Source of the DNA: Eledone cirrhosa
Lineage: Eukaryota
DNA length: 64,000 bases
Reading direction: 5' to 3'
NCBI GenBank assembly: GCA_964016885.1
Contig: OZ024741.1
Span: 200,570,001-200,634,000, forward strand
The notes under the pieces are model-generated. The model ran no database searches. It saw only the letters and a list, made by a program, of their open reading frames with translations, and was not told the DNA's origin. The number at the start of each line of letters is the position of its first letter. The stretch's first letter is position 1. Shown here in pieces: positions 14,812 through 26,025 of this stretch. Made by a program: the position numbers and the translations under genes.

Positions 14812-15233
14812 TAGGGATGGACAAACATGTTTGATGGAGGGCCGGATTAGGAAAGATTTTACGTTTTGCAAATCAAGACGAATAAAATATGAAACCTTGA
14901 TCATACAAGTTCTTATTTTATTACTTTAATATAAACGTCTAACGTAGAATAAAACAAACGTTTTTCAGTAAAATGAATGTTTTTGCTTCATTTATTCAAG
15001 AAAGTGAAAACATTTATTGTTTAAAATCTCTCACTTGGGAAAAACTTACGTTGATTTTTTTTTATTTTCCCTTAGTGAGGAGATCTCACTTTTTTTCTCT
15101 GTTAATATAAAACGTTGATTCAATTTAGGTCATTGCAAAAAGTGAGACATTTTTCATATTACATTTTACTGTTCGTTAACCAAAGATTGATAACCAGGGA
15201 TTTGGCCCGGGAGCCATAATTTGCTGACTCCTA
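14812..15233. mobile_element. Non-autonomous hAT (Charlie-like) MITE
   Basis: Imperfect TIRs tagggatggacaaac / atttgctgactccta, internal ggcc(c)gg motifs, imperfect 8-bp TSD gtctataa/gtttatat. Confidence 0.55.
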
Positions 15234-16563
15234 GTTTATATTAATATTGCAGACTTTGTAATATAAATAAAAAAATTAATCCTCCTTAAAGAAATCATGT
15301 GGGGATTGCTTAGTCAAGATATTAAAATGTGAGAAAATGCTTTTTGCTTGTTTTCCATTAATCCGAGTCTATATTGTGAAAATAAACTGTTTGAGTACCC
15401 TTCACAAATCCATATGAAGCAGGTTGCTCTTCAGTGCTGTCTGGACACAAAACTTTTCAATTTGTTTGAAGTATTTGGTAGTATAGGGCCTACAGCAACA
15501 TAGCATTTTTATTTTCACCGGTCCTAATTTACAAACATATTTTATGAAGTTTCACCACCAAAAAGCAACCGAGAGCATTTTCTTTTGTAGAATTAACCTG
15601 TTTATTGTAATATAGCAAATATACCTGTCGTGCCTTTAAATTCCTGATCGTGTCGTAGGGGCACCATCAATAAATATGACGTGGGAATAAATACTTTAAA
15701 ATGATGCTAAGAATCTTCAGTTCATCTGGGAAAGTTGATTCACCCAGAATGGTCCCAGTTCAAGGTAAAAACAGAAAAAAGAATGTTATTACTGCATGCA
15801 CGCATGGACCTTTAACTCCTGATAGAGTCGTGGTGGGGGTGCGTAGTGACATACAGCGTGTCTTGAGCATTTTAAACCTGGGAAAATCCATCCCCTCTCC
15901 AGGTCGAAACACAGACGATTTTTTCCAGAGACGGAGAGTGATAGACAGGAAGTGAGAAAGAGATGTAGAGAAGAATCGCCCCCGGTATTAGTCAGGTATT
16001 TCTTTTATTAACCGTGAAAGGATGAAAGGCAAAGTTGACCTGGGCAGGATTTGAACTAAGTCCACAGAGGACTGAAATGAATACTGTAAACCATTCTATC
16101 GGACGTTCTAGCTAATGGGGCCCTCTCTATACTGTATATAGAGTTGCTGAGGCGTCACCTAAGCGTTGTAAATATTTTGAGATATGACAGATGTTTGAAA
16201 AGTTTGGAAAATGAATTTGGTAGCAGGGGGTCTCTTTAATTAGTATATATATATTTGACATCCGGTGAAAGTAGCAAGGTAACTAATGTTAATTAGTAAA
16301 GTAGGCGCGAACACACTTATTGTAATAAAGCCTCCAAAATTCAATTAATTAAAACCTCACCCGACAACAGTCAAGTGTTCTTTTCGAGAGATGTTTAAAA
16401 AATGTTTTTGATGAGTGGAAAGTGAGTAATACAACTGAACACTTTCATGGTGTTAATCATAGCGTAATGCATGATACCAGGTTCTCCGAGGCAAATGTTG
16501 TAAGGTAGAAGAAGACTAGTTCGGGTCACGGGGAATGTTCAACTCTACTCAAAATTAAAGTTA

Positions 16564-16603
<40 letters not shown>

Positions 16604-16662
16604 GCAGCTCCACTACAACGGTTAGTTCACCATACCGAGAACAAATGTTTCAACTTAAGCGG

Positions 16663-16733
<71 letters not shown>

Positions 16734-16772
16734 GATATTAACAAATGGAAACTATATTTATAAAACCATATT

Positions 16773-16837
16773 TATTTTATTATACATATTTCAAGGACAC
16801 CACGTTAAATTATGGTGTGCTTTCATCAGACAAAATA
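16773..16837 (-). ncRNA. Type I hammerhead ribozyme motif (pLTR-like module)
   Basis: tattttgt-CTGATGA-aagcacacca...tggtgtcctt-GAAA-tatgta-TA-ataaaata; stem I 8 bp. Confidence 0.75.
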
Positions 16838-16940
16838 CAATATAGATCAGTTTTATAAATAAATATTGACATACCCTTAACAAATGCAACCATTACTGTT
16901 GGAAGCTCCCGGATAGTAAATAGAACTTAAATAGAACTTT

Positions 16941-17016
<76 letters not shown>

Positions 17017-17054
17017 AATTGTAATGTCCACATAAATGGGTAACTTCATCATAC

Positions 17055-17199
17055 CCGTACTCGAGTTTCAGCCACACTTAATGCAGCAATAGAGTGCACA
17101 TCATCTTCTGTCTGCATTTATTATGCAACAATGCACAATCGGCGCGTCTGCATTTATTATGCCACAATGCACAACAGGCGCATGTGGCTTCATCAGCGG
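17055..17199 (-). ncRNA. Type I hammerhead ribozyme motif with very long stem/loop II
   Basis: ccg-CTGATGA-agccaca...(~105 nt)...tgtggct-GAAAC-tcga-GTA-cgg; palindromic stem III. Confidence 0.7.
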
Positions 17200-17521
17200 C
17201 TTTCGTCTAATCAATAACCAATCGATATACATATATACATACACACACACACATATATATATATATGTGTGTGTGTGTGTGAGTGTTTGTGTGTGTTTAT
17301 GTACACTATATACATACATGATGGCTGCTCCCCTCGCTATCCCCTCGTTATCGAGTATAGCCATTGCACGAGAAAAAAAAAAAAATATATGTATTAATAA
17401 CAATAATAATAATAACAACAACAATAATAATAACGACAACAACAACAATAATAATATACATATATACACACACACGCACACACATAAACATATCTATACA
17501 CACACACATACACGATAGCAA

Positions 17522-18270
17522 CTAACAGCGCTGCGATCGAATGTGGCTTTTTAGCCCAGCCAATGATCTAAAATGTCTTGCACAGAGTCGGCAACCAAAA
17601 CATTCACTGGGAATAGCCGGCTGTGGTTGGAGTTCATATACTTTTGATGTCGTTTGAGCCCTCCTGCTGATTTACATTCTCTACCACATGCTTGGCAAGC
17701 ATGATGAGTAGTATCTCCAACAGCAGCCTGGTAGTCAACCACTGGTCTTACTTTATGACTGCGAAGATGACTTTCGAGTCCAGCTTTGCTTAGGCAGAGT
17801 CTCGCACAGACGCTGTATGTCAGCACCATAGGAGGACCCTCGCCGTCTGGAAGTGCAACAGCAATGCCCTTCCTCACATCCCGCTTTACTTTCTCGTATG
17901 CGATTCGAGATGCCACAAAGGCAACTTTTCCCTCATATACAGTCTTTCTCCATTTATTACGATCAGCAGCAATATTTTCCCATGTATCAGCAGAGATGTT
18001 AGCGTCTTTCAAAGAGGCTTTCAAGGAATCCTTATACCTCTATTTTGGTTTATGTGGCGGTCATTTTCCTTTAACCAACTCTCCATAAAAGAGTTGTTTT
18101 GGTATTCTAGAATCCTTCATCCTGGCAAGGTGACCACTCCAACGGAGTCGTTGCTTAAGCACAAGAGCTTCTATACTGTCACACATATAGCTTTCCAAAA
18201 TCTCGACACCACTGATGTGGTCCCTCCAGTGAACGCCATGGATCCGTCTGAGACATATCCGTCTGAGACA
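17522..18270 (-). pseudogene. 3' end of RTE-clade LINE ORF2 with three C2H2-type zinc fingers
   Basis: CLRRIHGVHWRDHIS..RLRWSGHLARMKDSRIPKQLFYGEL..; DTWENIAADRNKWR; YSVCARLCLSKAGLESHLRSH, CQACGRECKSAGGLKRHQK, and (after a frameshift) CRLCARHFRSLAGLKSHIRS. Confidence 0.85.
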
Positions 18271-18284
18271 CATATACATACATA

Positions 18285-18430
18285 TGGTGGCTGCCAACTC
18301 GTTTTCGAGTACGGCCACTACTTTATATCCATGTAGGAGAACTCCTAGCGATGCGCTGAACGAGTGTGACTTTTTAGTCCAGCCAGCGACTTGAAAACTC
18401 TGGTACAAACACTACACTTGTGACAATTAT
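18285..18430 (-). mobile_element. Second RTE-like 3' terminus (zinc finger, stop, short 3' UTR, TATG tail)
   Basis: HKCSVCTRVFKSLAGLKSHTRSAHR* followed by ...gcagccaccatatgtatgtat. Confidence 0.6.
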
Positions 18431-18699
18431 TGACACATAGTGCTGGGCCCATGGTACCACGTGACGACAAGTGCAGAGAGATCTCCAGATGTAAAGCAAT
18501 GCCTGTGCCGTGAAGCTTTTATAGTGAGCAAAGGCACTGCACAAAGCCAGTCCCACTCTCTTAACCAAGATCATATTTACCAAAAAGAAGAACAAGTCAA
18601 CATCATTGGATACCATCAGAGTTGCAGGTGTTATATCAGAGTTTTCCTTCTCCTAGAATTCTGCCTTGACAAAGGCTAAGGGGTCATCTCTCCCGGACA

Positions 18700-18783
<84 letters not shown>

Positions 18784-18829
18784 GAAATGACAGGAGGCTG
18801 GATTTGTGTAAATCCTTGAAAGGTTTATT

Positions 18830-18887
18830 ATACTATGATCATTTCAATGACCGGGTTCCGTATGAATCCGGTGATATCATCAGGTAT
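18830..18887 (-). ncRNA. Type I hammerhead ribozyme motif
   Basis: Reverse complement of 21055-21112. Confidence 0.8.
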
Positions 18888-21054
18888 TCGAAATATAATA
18901 CGTGAATGTAATAGGTAAAATCCATGGGGCTGAAAATCGAGACCCGAGGGCGACCGCTATTCTGTTCCTTCAACCTCAGCCGGTCGCCCTCAGCCGCCCC
19001 CGAACTATATTGTATTTCTCCTGTCTCTTGAACTCTACATTTACTAGACAACGACTATTGTTTGTTTATCTATATCTTCACATCTTTGTTTGCTGTATTA
19101 ATGTCCTGATTTCTCCATCTTACTCCAACACCACTCTTGTTGGTTTATTTACATGTTTATACCTATATATTGATATGTTTATATATTTATACCTCTGCTG
19201 TACCAATGTGCTCTTCCACGTATTCCACTTCTATGTATCCATGTATTTCTACCCCTCACATTGGGACCTGTACCCATTAGCTCTTCCACGTATTCCACTT
19301 CTATGTATCCATGTATTTCTACTCCTCACATTGGGACCTGTACCCATTAGCACACGACACTAGAATGTCTCCTCCTGAGAACAAAAATTAAACATTACAC
19401 GACTATATCCCGTACTCTACATCCCACTAGGATAAATTACAGATCTACATAATACAATTAACGTTTCTTCATAAAAGACTATTTAATTAAACCCCGCAAC
19501 CCAAAACCTCATAGAAGTTATTTGAATGTCTAATCTTCAATTTTCTGTTTGTTCAATTCTCAATCCTCTTACTCCTTAGTTTCATAATGTTATTCTGAAT
19601 GTTATTCTGAATGTTATTCTGAATGTTATTCTGAATTCTTTCAACTTCATCCGATAGAGTTAAGCAAAATTCTAAAGTTCCAACTTTCTGTCGGACCGTT
19701 GGGTGGGTTTTAGCGGCGGCGCGACCAGCTCCCTGGCGAACGGGCTCACCTGGAGTGCTTGGAAAAATAAATTACCCTTCTTTCAGTAAATGAAAATACT
19801 CGGCGTGGCTTAATTAGCCATGGGGCCTGGGGCGCGGCCGGTGTTTTAACCGCCAAATAGTACCTTTAAATTATAGAACAAATCGGAACTATTATATATA
19901 TCAACCTGAAACTGTTGAGCTTTAAGTTTTCTAACCTCTTTAATATGGAATATTGATTATTAATTTATTAATTTTTTAACTTCATCCTATAAGTCTAAAC
20001 ATTGTAACACACTGACCCCCATTATATTCACCTCTGCTAAGATGCGAGTCCCTGTGAAAATTTTGTCGCGCCACTCCTGGCCCGACTGTGGTGTGACATT
20101 AATATCGACCTTCCTTCCTCTCTCTTTCTATCTTCCTTCTTGTAGCTATCAACCATTACTCTTTTACTTCTCTAAGCTAAATTTTAAAGTTCCAACTTTC
20201 TGTCGGACTGTTGGGTGGGTTTTAATGGCGGCGCGACCAGCTCCGTGGCGAACGAGCTCACCTAGAGTGCTTGGAAAAATAAATTTCCCCTTCTTTCAGT
20301 AAATGAAAATACTCGGCGTGGCTTAATTCGCCATGGGGCCCGGGGCGCGGCCGTTGTTTTAACCGCCAAATAGTACCTTTAAATTACAGAACAAATCGGA
20401 ACTATTATATAATTAATTGTTAAACTGTTGAACTTTAAATTTTTTAACCTCTTTAATATTGAATATTGATTATTAAAATTTTTTTAACTTCATCCTAGAA
20501 GTCTAAACACTGTAAAACACTGACTCCCAATATATCCATCTCCGCTAAGATGCGGGTCCCTGTGAAAATTTTCTCGCGTCACTCCTGGCTTGACTGTGGT
20601 CTGACATTAATATCGACCTTTCTTCCTCTTCCTTTCTATCTTCCTTCTTGTAGCCATCAACCCTTACTTTTCTACTTCTCTCTTCCCTTCCTTCTCTCCT
20701 CTCCTCCTCCCTGCAGACTTATATTCCTTCCCCCTCTTGCTTGCCTATATCTGACCAGTAGTAGTTACCTTCCTCTTTTAGCTGACATTAACCCTGACTT
20801 CTCTTCTTCTTTCTTCCCCCTTCTTCTCCTTCCTTTCTTTCTTTCTTTTACCTTGTGTCATGGGATCGACGTTAACCTATGCTCCCATCTCTTTCTGTTT
20901 TCGTTCATCTGACCGGTAGTAGCATACTATAAAATTTAGCCACGTCACTCCAGGGCGACCGGCTGAGGTTGAAGGAACAGAATAGCGGTCGCCCTCGGGT
21001 CTCGATTTTCAGCCCCATGGATTTTACCTATTACATTCACGTATTATATTTCGA

Positions 21055-21112
21055 ATACCTGATGATATCACCGGATTCATACGGAACCCGGTCATTGAAA
21101 TGATCATAGTAT
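21055..21112 (+). ncRNA. Type I hammerhead ribozyme motif
   Basis: atac-CTGATGA-tatcaccgg...ccggtcatt-GAAA-tgatca-TA-gtat. Confidence 0.8.
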
Positions 21113-21306
21113 AATAAACCTTTCAAGGATTTACACAAATCCAGCCTCCTGTCATTTCATTATAATATTTAACTCCGTAATAGCACCACCAACTACAAAA
21201 ACAAAGACGGTTGAACTGCTTTACGTTGAGTACTCTCTATATTATTGCATTACGATTGACCATACGGAATAGACCAGCTCTATACAGTGGTGAACCTCAA
21301 ACCTGA

Positions 21307-21352
<46 letters not shown>

Positions 21353-21394
21353 ACGAAACATAAGTCAATTGTATGAACTCATAATCCTTTATTT

Positions 21395-21453
21395 ACTGCT
21401 ATATATATATTTCGATGATAGCCATTGAATGGCTATGACCTCATCAGGCGGTT
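21395..21453 (-). ncRNA. Type I hammerhead ribozyme motif
   Basis: accgc-CTGATGA-ggtcatagccattcaatggctatcatc-GAAA-tatatatata-gcagt. Confidence 0.65.
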
Positions 21454-21511
21454 AGTCAGTTCTTAGATATGCCAGCTCTGTGTGTATAGTGTTGATGGTT
21501 TCAGAGCCTTG

Positions 21512-21580
<69 letters not shown>

Positions 21581-22028
21581 AGAAATGTTGTAGTCCCAAC
21601 GGAGATGACTATAATAATAGGTGGTTATTTGAAGTCGTGTAAATTACTGTTGGAGAAGGGAAAAATGGACAGAGGTGCCTGTAAGGAATCGAATGCAACA
21701 TTTCTTGGATGCCGGCCGAGTGCGTTAACTATTTCGTTAATGTTTTTCTGGCCACTGATTGCCGATTTTTAGAAGATATCAAGTGTGTAGCTATAAGTGC
21801 AAACATTCGGTTGACTTAAGAAGCACTGGGAACATTTGAAGTTTGAAATATAGTTGTCCCATCCCTGAAGGTGACTATGATAATAGTCGATTGCTATAGA
21901 TAATGGTTGAAAAATCGGGTAAAATATATCCACACACACATACACATACAAATACATATGTATGTATACATTACCCGATTTTTCAACCATTATTTACAGC
22001 AATATATATATATATATATATTTATCGA

Positions 22029-22418
22029 TACTTTGGGAGAGTCATGTTGCCAATAAAAACACACGCACCTGTTGGTTTTGCCTTTAATTTACTATAAATT
22101 TCCGGTTGGCTGATTGGTTGGTTCGATAACTGGGAGGTTGTTTATATATTGTCAAAGATCTTTCGTCACACATTCTGTGACCTCCTCAGTAACTAAGTTT
22201 TTATTTTTTTATTTTATGTGTATCACCTTTGTTCTGTCCTATACCAAAATGGTGGAGGAGCTCACAAGAATGTGTGACGAAAGAGCTTTGATAATATATG
22301 AACAACCTTCCGGTCATCGAACCAACCAACCAACCAGCCAACCGGAAATTTATAATAAATTGAAATGAAAATCTCAGGTGCGTGTGTTTTTATTGGCAAC
22401 ATGACCCTCCCAAAGTAT
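22029..22418. repeat. ~390-bp imperfect foldback (MITE-like) with ~160-bp arms
   Basis: atactttgggagagtcatgttgccaataaaaacacacgcacctg... / ...caggtgcgtgtgtttttattggcaacatgaccctcccaaagtat. Confidence 0.85.
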
Positions 22419-22551
22419 AACAATATATGTTTCAACACACGTTTTCAGATAAGAAATCTCGCAAAACAAATTTAAATATATAAATATATATATAGTGAAA
22501 GAATGAAGAGTAGCATGGGGTTGGCTGTACAACAAGGGGCTTTATTTCAAG

Positions 22552-22655
22552 TATTAACAATTGTTTCATTGATCAGGTGAGTCTAGAGGCCGCTAATCGC
22601 TCAAAGTTGCGTCACTCGATCTCCATTACATTATTTACCTTTGACTAAATCCTCA

Positions 22656-22660
<5 letters not shown>
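22552..22660 (-). ncRNA. Type I hammerhead ribozyme motif
   Basis: tatt-CTGAGGA-(long imperfect stem II)-GAAAC-aatt-GTT-aata. Confidence 0.55.
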
Positions 22661-22694
<34 letters not shown>

Positions 22695-22696
<2 letters not shown>

Positions 22697-22810
22697 GTTC
22701 AAATCCCGCCGAGGTTAACTTTGCCTTTCATCCTTACGGGGTCGATAAAATAAAGTACTAGTAAAACACTGGGTAATTGCTGGCCTTGTGCCTAAAGTAG
22801 AAACAATTAT
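22695..22810 (+). mobile_element. 5'-truncated SINE
   Basis: Family body from the B box to ...GTAGAAACAATTAT. Confidence 0.85.
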
Positions 22811-22836
22811 CTATAAAAGGCAGATTGTTGTTGTTG

Positions 22837-22925
<89 letters not shown>

Positions 22926-23231
22926 TGTCTGCATGTTCCATATACATATACATTTGCACAATTTCAAACCGATTCGACTCAAAGTCTGTATGAATGTTGT
23001 AAATGGTCTAACTTAGTTCTACGACTATTTATCTTTTTCCAACTCACCCACAATTACGGAAATAATCGATAAGACTAAATACATGACGCTTTATCCCTCT
23101 AATACAATCTGATATCCTCTCTCTACCCTTAAAATTCGATAAAACTACATACATGCTGCAACTTTCTCTTATATATGCTTAAACTTACAAACTTCCTTTA
23201 GGAACTCGGAAGAAAGAAGAGAGAAAGAAAT

Positions 23232-23267
<36 letters not shown>

Positions 23268-23501
23268 AGAGAGAGAGAGAGAGAGAGAGAGAACGTTTGT
23301 TTTTTAGTGTGGAACGGTCAAACATTTATTTACTTCAATGACAACGAAGAGAACTTATTACATTTCATACCAAACAACAATTATTCAAAAGCAACAGATA
23401 AATTTATTCAACAACAAAAAGAAATAGCGATAATTTTTTTTAAAAACATCTCTCAACGAACGTGGAAGAAAGAAGTATCAGTTTATCTACTATACACAAT
23501 A

Positions 23502-23683
23502 ATATCCTCTATGAGTTCACTAAACCTGCTAGAAACAGCAGCTAACTCTCCCCCATATCACACCCCTCCCTACTGTCTTAAATTTAGAAAACATATCCTC
23601 TATGAGGTCACTAAACCTGCTAGAAACAGCAGCTAACTCTCCCCCATATCACACCCCTCCCTACTGTCTTAAATTTAGAAAAC
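23502..23683. repeat. 91-bp tandem duplication
   Basis: atatcctctatgag(t/g)tcactaaacctgctagaaac...tttagaaaac twice. Confidence 0.9.
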
Positions 23684-24461
23684 ACATATTAGACAACCAT
23701 GCAGAACAACTCCATCACAGCTCTGTTGTTCGGCTGGCATCGTCTACGCGCGTGTTGCGCAAGTACTGTGAAACAATAAATTTCAACACTTCTTTGCACA
23801 GAGATAATATCCATAGGCGAAACTACAATTGTCACTGCTGGCGCAGCTCCTGCTTCGGCAGTCTAGGTCTGCAATTCATTCACCCAGTGCCTGGCAGACA
23901 AAAAAGTGCTGCCATAAAATGGGTGGTGCAACCCAACTTTAGTAACTTACTGACCCCCGAGCAACGCCGGGCTTTAATGCTAGTATATTGCTAAAAATAA
24001 TGGTTAAAAAATAATATATATATATATCCTTATAAAAAGGAAGTTTGTTTGTACGTTGACTGCTAATAACACTAAATAAAATTGATAATAGTTAAGGTTC
24101 TCCATGTATTTTCAACTAATGTGACCTCCATCAAGCTAACTGTCGACTTATTTTACGAAAATGGAATGGGAGGAGGGCGATTTGTTGGAGAATTTACTGC
24201 TATTTCTAGTACAGTGGTACTGTCTGGTCCTGCCTCATGCTATCTATAAAAAGAAAGTGAAATACTACTTCAGCACTCATTCAGTCCGCCTCCCCTCTCG
24301 CTAACTCAGTAACTAAAACTTTTCTATTTTTTATTTCGTTTGTTGACTGCGGATCTGACATCTGACTCATTCTCTCTCTTCCCATCTCTCTCTCTCTACC
24401 TCTTTTCTATCTACCTGTATGTGTATCACACTCTTTTTGTATGTATGTATATATATATATA

Positions 24462-24638
24462 CCGAGGAGTTGAAAACGTTCCTGACTTAAGGGTATCGCC
24501 AAAGGGTAGAGCTGTTACCGACATAGATGAGGTAGAACCGCTGCAATGAGAGATTCCTCTCATGTTGAATAAAACCATAATTAACTGATCCTCCTGTATT
24601 TTCTTTTATCCAAAGCGAGGATCTTTTTAGCACACCAG
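24462..24638. mobile_element. Possible Tc1/mariner MITE
   Basis: Degenerate TIRs ccgaggagttgaaaacgttcctg / cgaggatctttttagcacaccag, flanked by TA. Confidence 0.4.
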
Positions 24639-24827
24639 TATATATATATATATATTTTCAGCACAATTTTGGCTGTATTGTGCTGCGCTTTCTAACAAAG
24701 GGCCACCAGCCGTAAGCAACTAATCACATTCTTTCTAACCTGACCGCTGCTACGTCACAATTCTTAGCCATTTTTGAATGTATTCTTGGCGCGATCACTT
24801 TGGAAAATTAATTGTCTAAATTTCAGC

Positions 24828-24907
24828 TAACTCCTGAAGAGTCCGGTGCTCCAGATGTCCGATGTTATCGGATATCTTAAAATGCGGACGAAACCATGGT
24901 AGAGGTA
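24828..24907 (+). ncRNA. Type I hammerhead ribozyme motif
   Basis: ctc-CTGAAGA-gtccg...cggac-GAAAC-catg-GTA-gag; canonical G10.1-C11.1 pair and palindromic stem III. Confidence 0.8.
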
Positions 24908-25223
24908 ACTAAATATGTTCACTTTTCTCATAGTTTATTTTACACCTAATTCTGTTTAGTTGACTGTATATCTGGACGATTTATACACGCTGTCGAAATA
25001 CTCGATAAATACTCCGTCGCAACTGCCGCGAAGGGCTGCTTTCGGTTATTTGTCGGAGATTTCTTCATAGAAGCTTTTATTCTTATAGCTTGGTCTAATC
25101 GATTTTTTATATGGTTAATTATGCTAATTGGGAGAGGAAACGGTATATATTTTATCTGGTGATTCTATAGACATTTTTATGATATATATATATATATATA
25201 TTTGCTTAAACTTTAATCTGTTA

Positions 25224-25292
<69 letters not shown>

Positions 25293-25328
25293 CAGATTAA
25301 AGTTTAAGCAAATATATATATATATATT

Positions 25329-26025
25329 TACAAATTAATATACATTAATATATGATAAATACTAATACAATTATATAAGTGTTTGTATTGCAAATGACCA
25401 AGTTAGCTAGATTGAAAAATACTAATTAAATTAATACAGTTTGCCTGTCTCGATTTAAAATAATAAATCAATAAAAACAAACCCATATTGGCAATAGCCA
25501 TGATACCTGGACAAATTTAAATTTCAAAACTCAAATCTGTTTCGCAGACAAATTTAAATTTCAAAACTCAAATCCGTTTCGCAACGATAAGTGAAAATTC
25601 CATTTCTGTGCTCTCCTGCAGGTATCCAGAAATTGGTATGTTTCACCTCAAAATACTTAGGAGGACTGATAGAAAAGTGTTGAACGCACATGGTTTCCCA
25701 GCGCCTAGCCAGTCCTATACTCGTGCCGCTAGAAATAACAGCCGTTTTTATGGGACTAAAATTTAGCTCAACAAAAGGAGCCGTTAATACTATATATAGA
25801 GTTATAAACTCAAACAGTCTTTTACAATTAAATAGCTCAAAGAAAGAGATATTTCTGAGCCGTGAAATACAAATTAATATACATTAATATATGATAAACA
25901 CTAATACAATTATATAAGTGTTTGTATTGCAAATGACCAAGTTAGCTAGATTGAAAAATACTAATTAAATTAATACAGTTTGCCTGTCTCGATTTAAAAT
26001 AATAAATCAATAAAAACAAACCCAT
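25329..26025. repeat. 158-bp direct repeats (25329-25486, 25868-26025) at the 3' side of a Penelope-like element
   Basis: Near-identical tacaaattaatatacattaat...aaacaaacccat copies. Confidence 0.85.

Larger units (their letters stand above)
18778..21310. mobile_element. Non-coding Penelope-like derivative bounded by ~213-bp inverted pLTR-like repeats (18778-18990 / 20952-21164), between (TA)n tracts
   Basis: Apparently identical inverted repeats, each with an HHR. Internal tandem duplications of ~510 bp (19660-20680) and ~71 bp (19210-19350), plus a 12-mer repeat (19585-19635). Confidence 0.75.
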
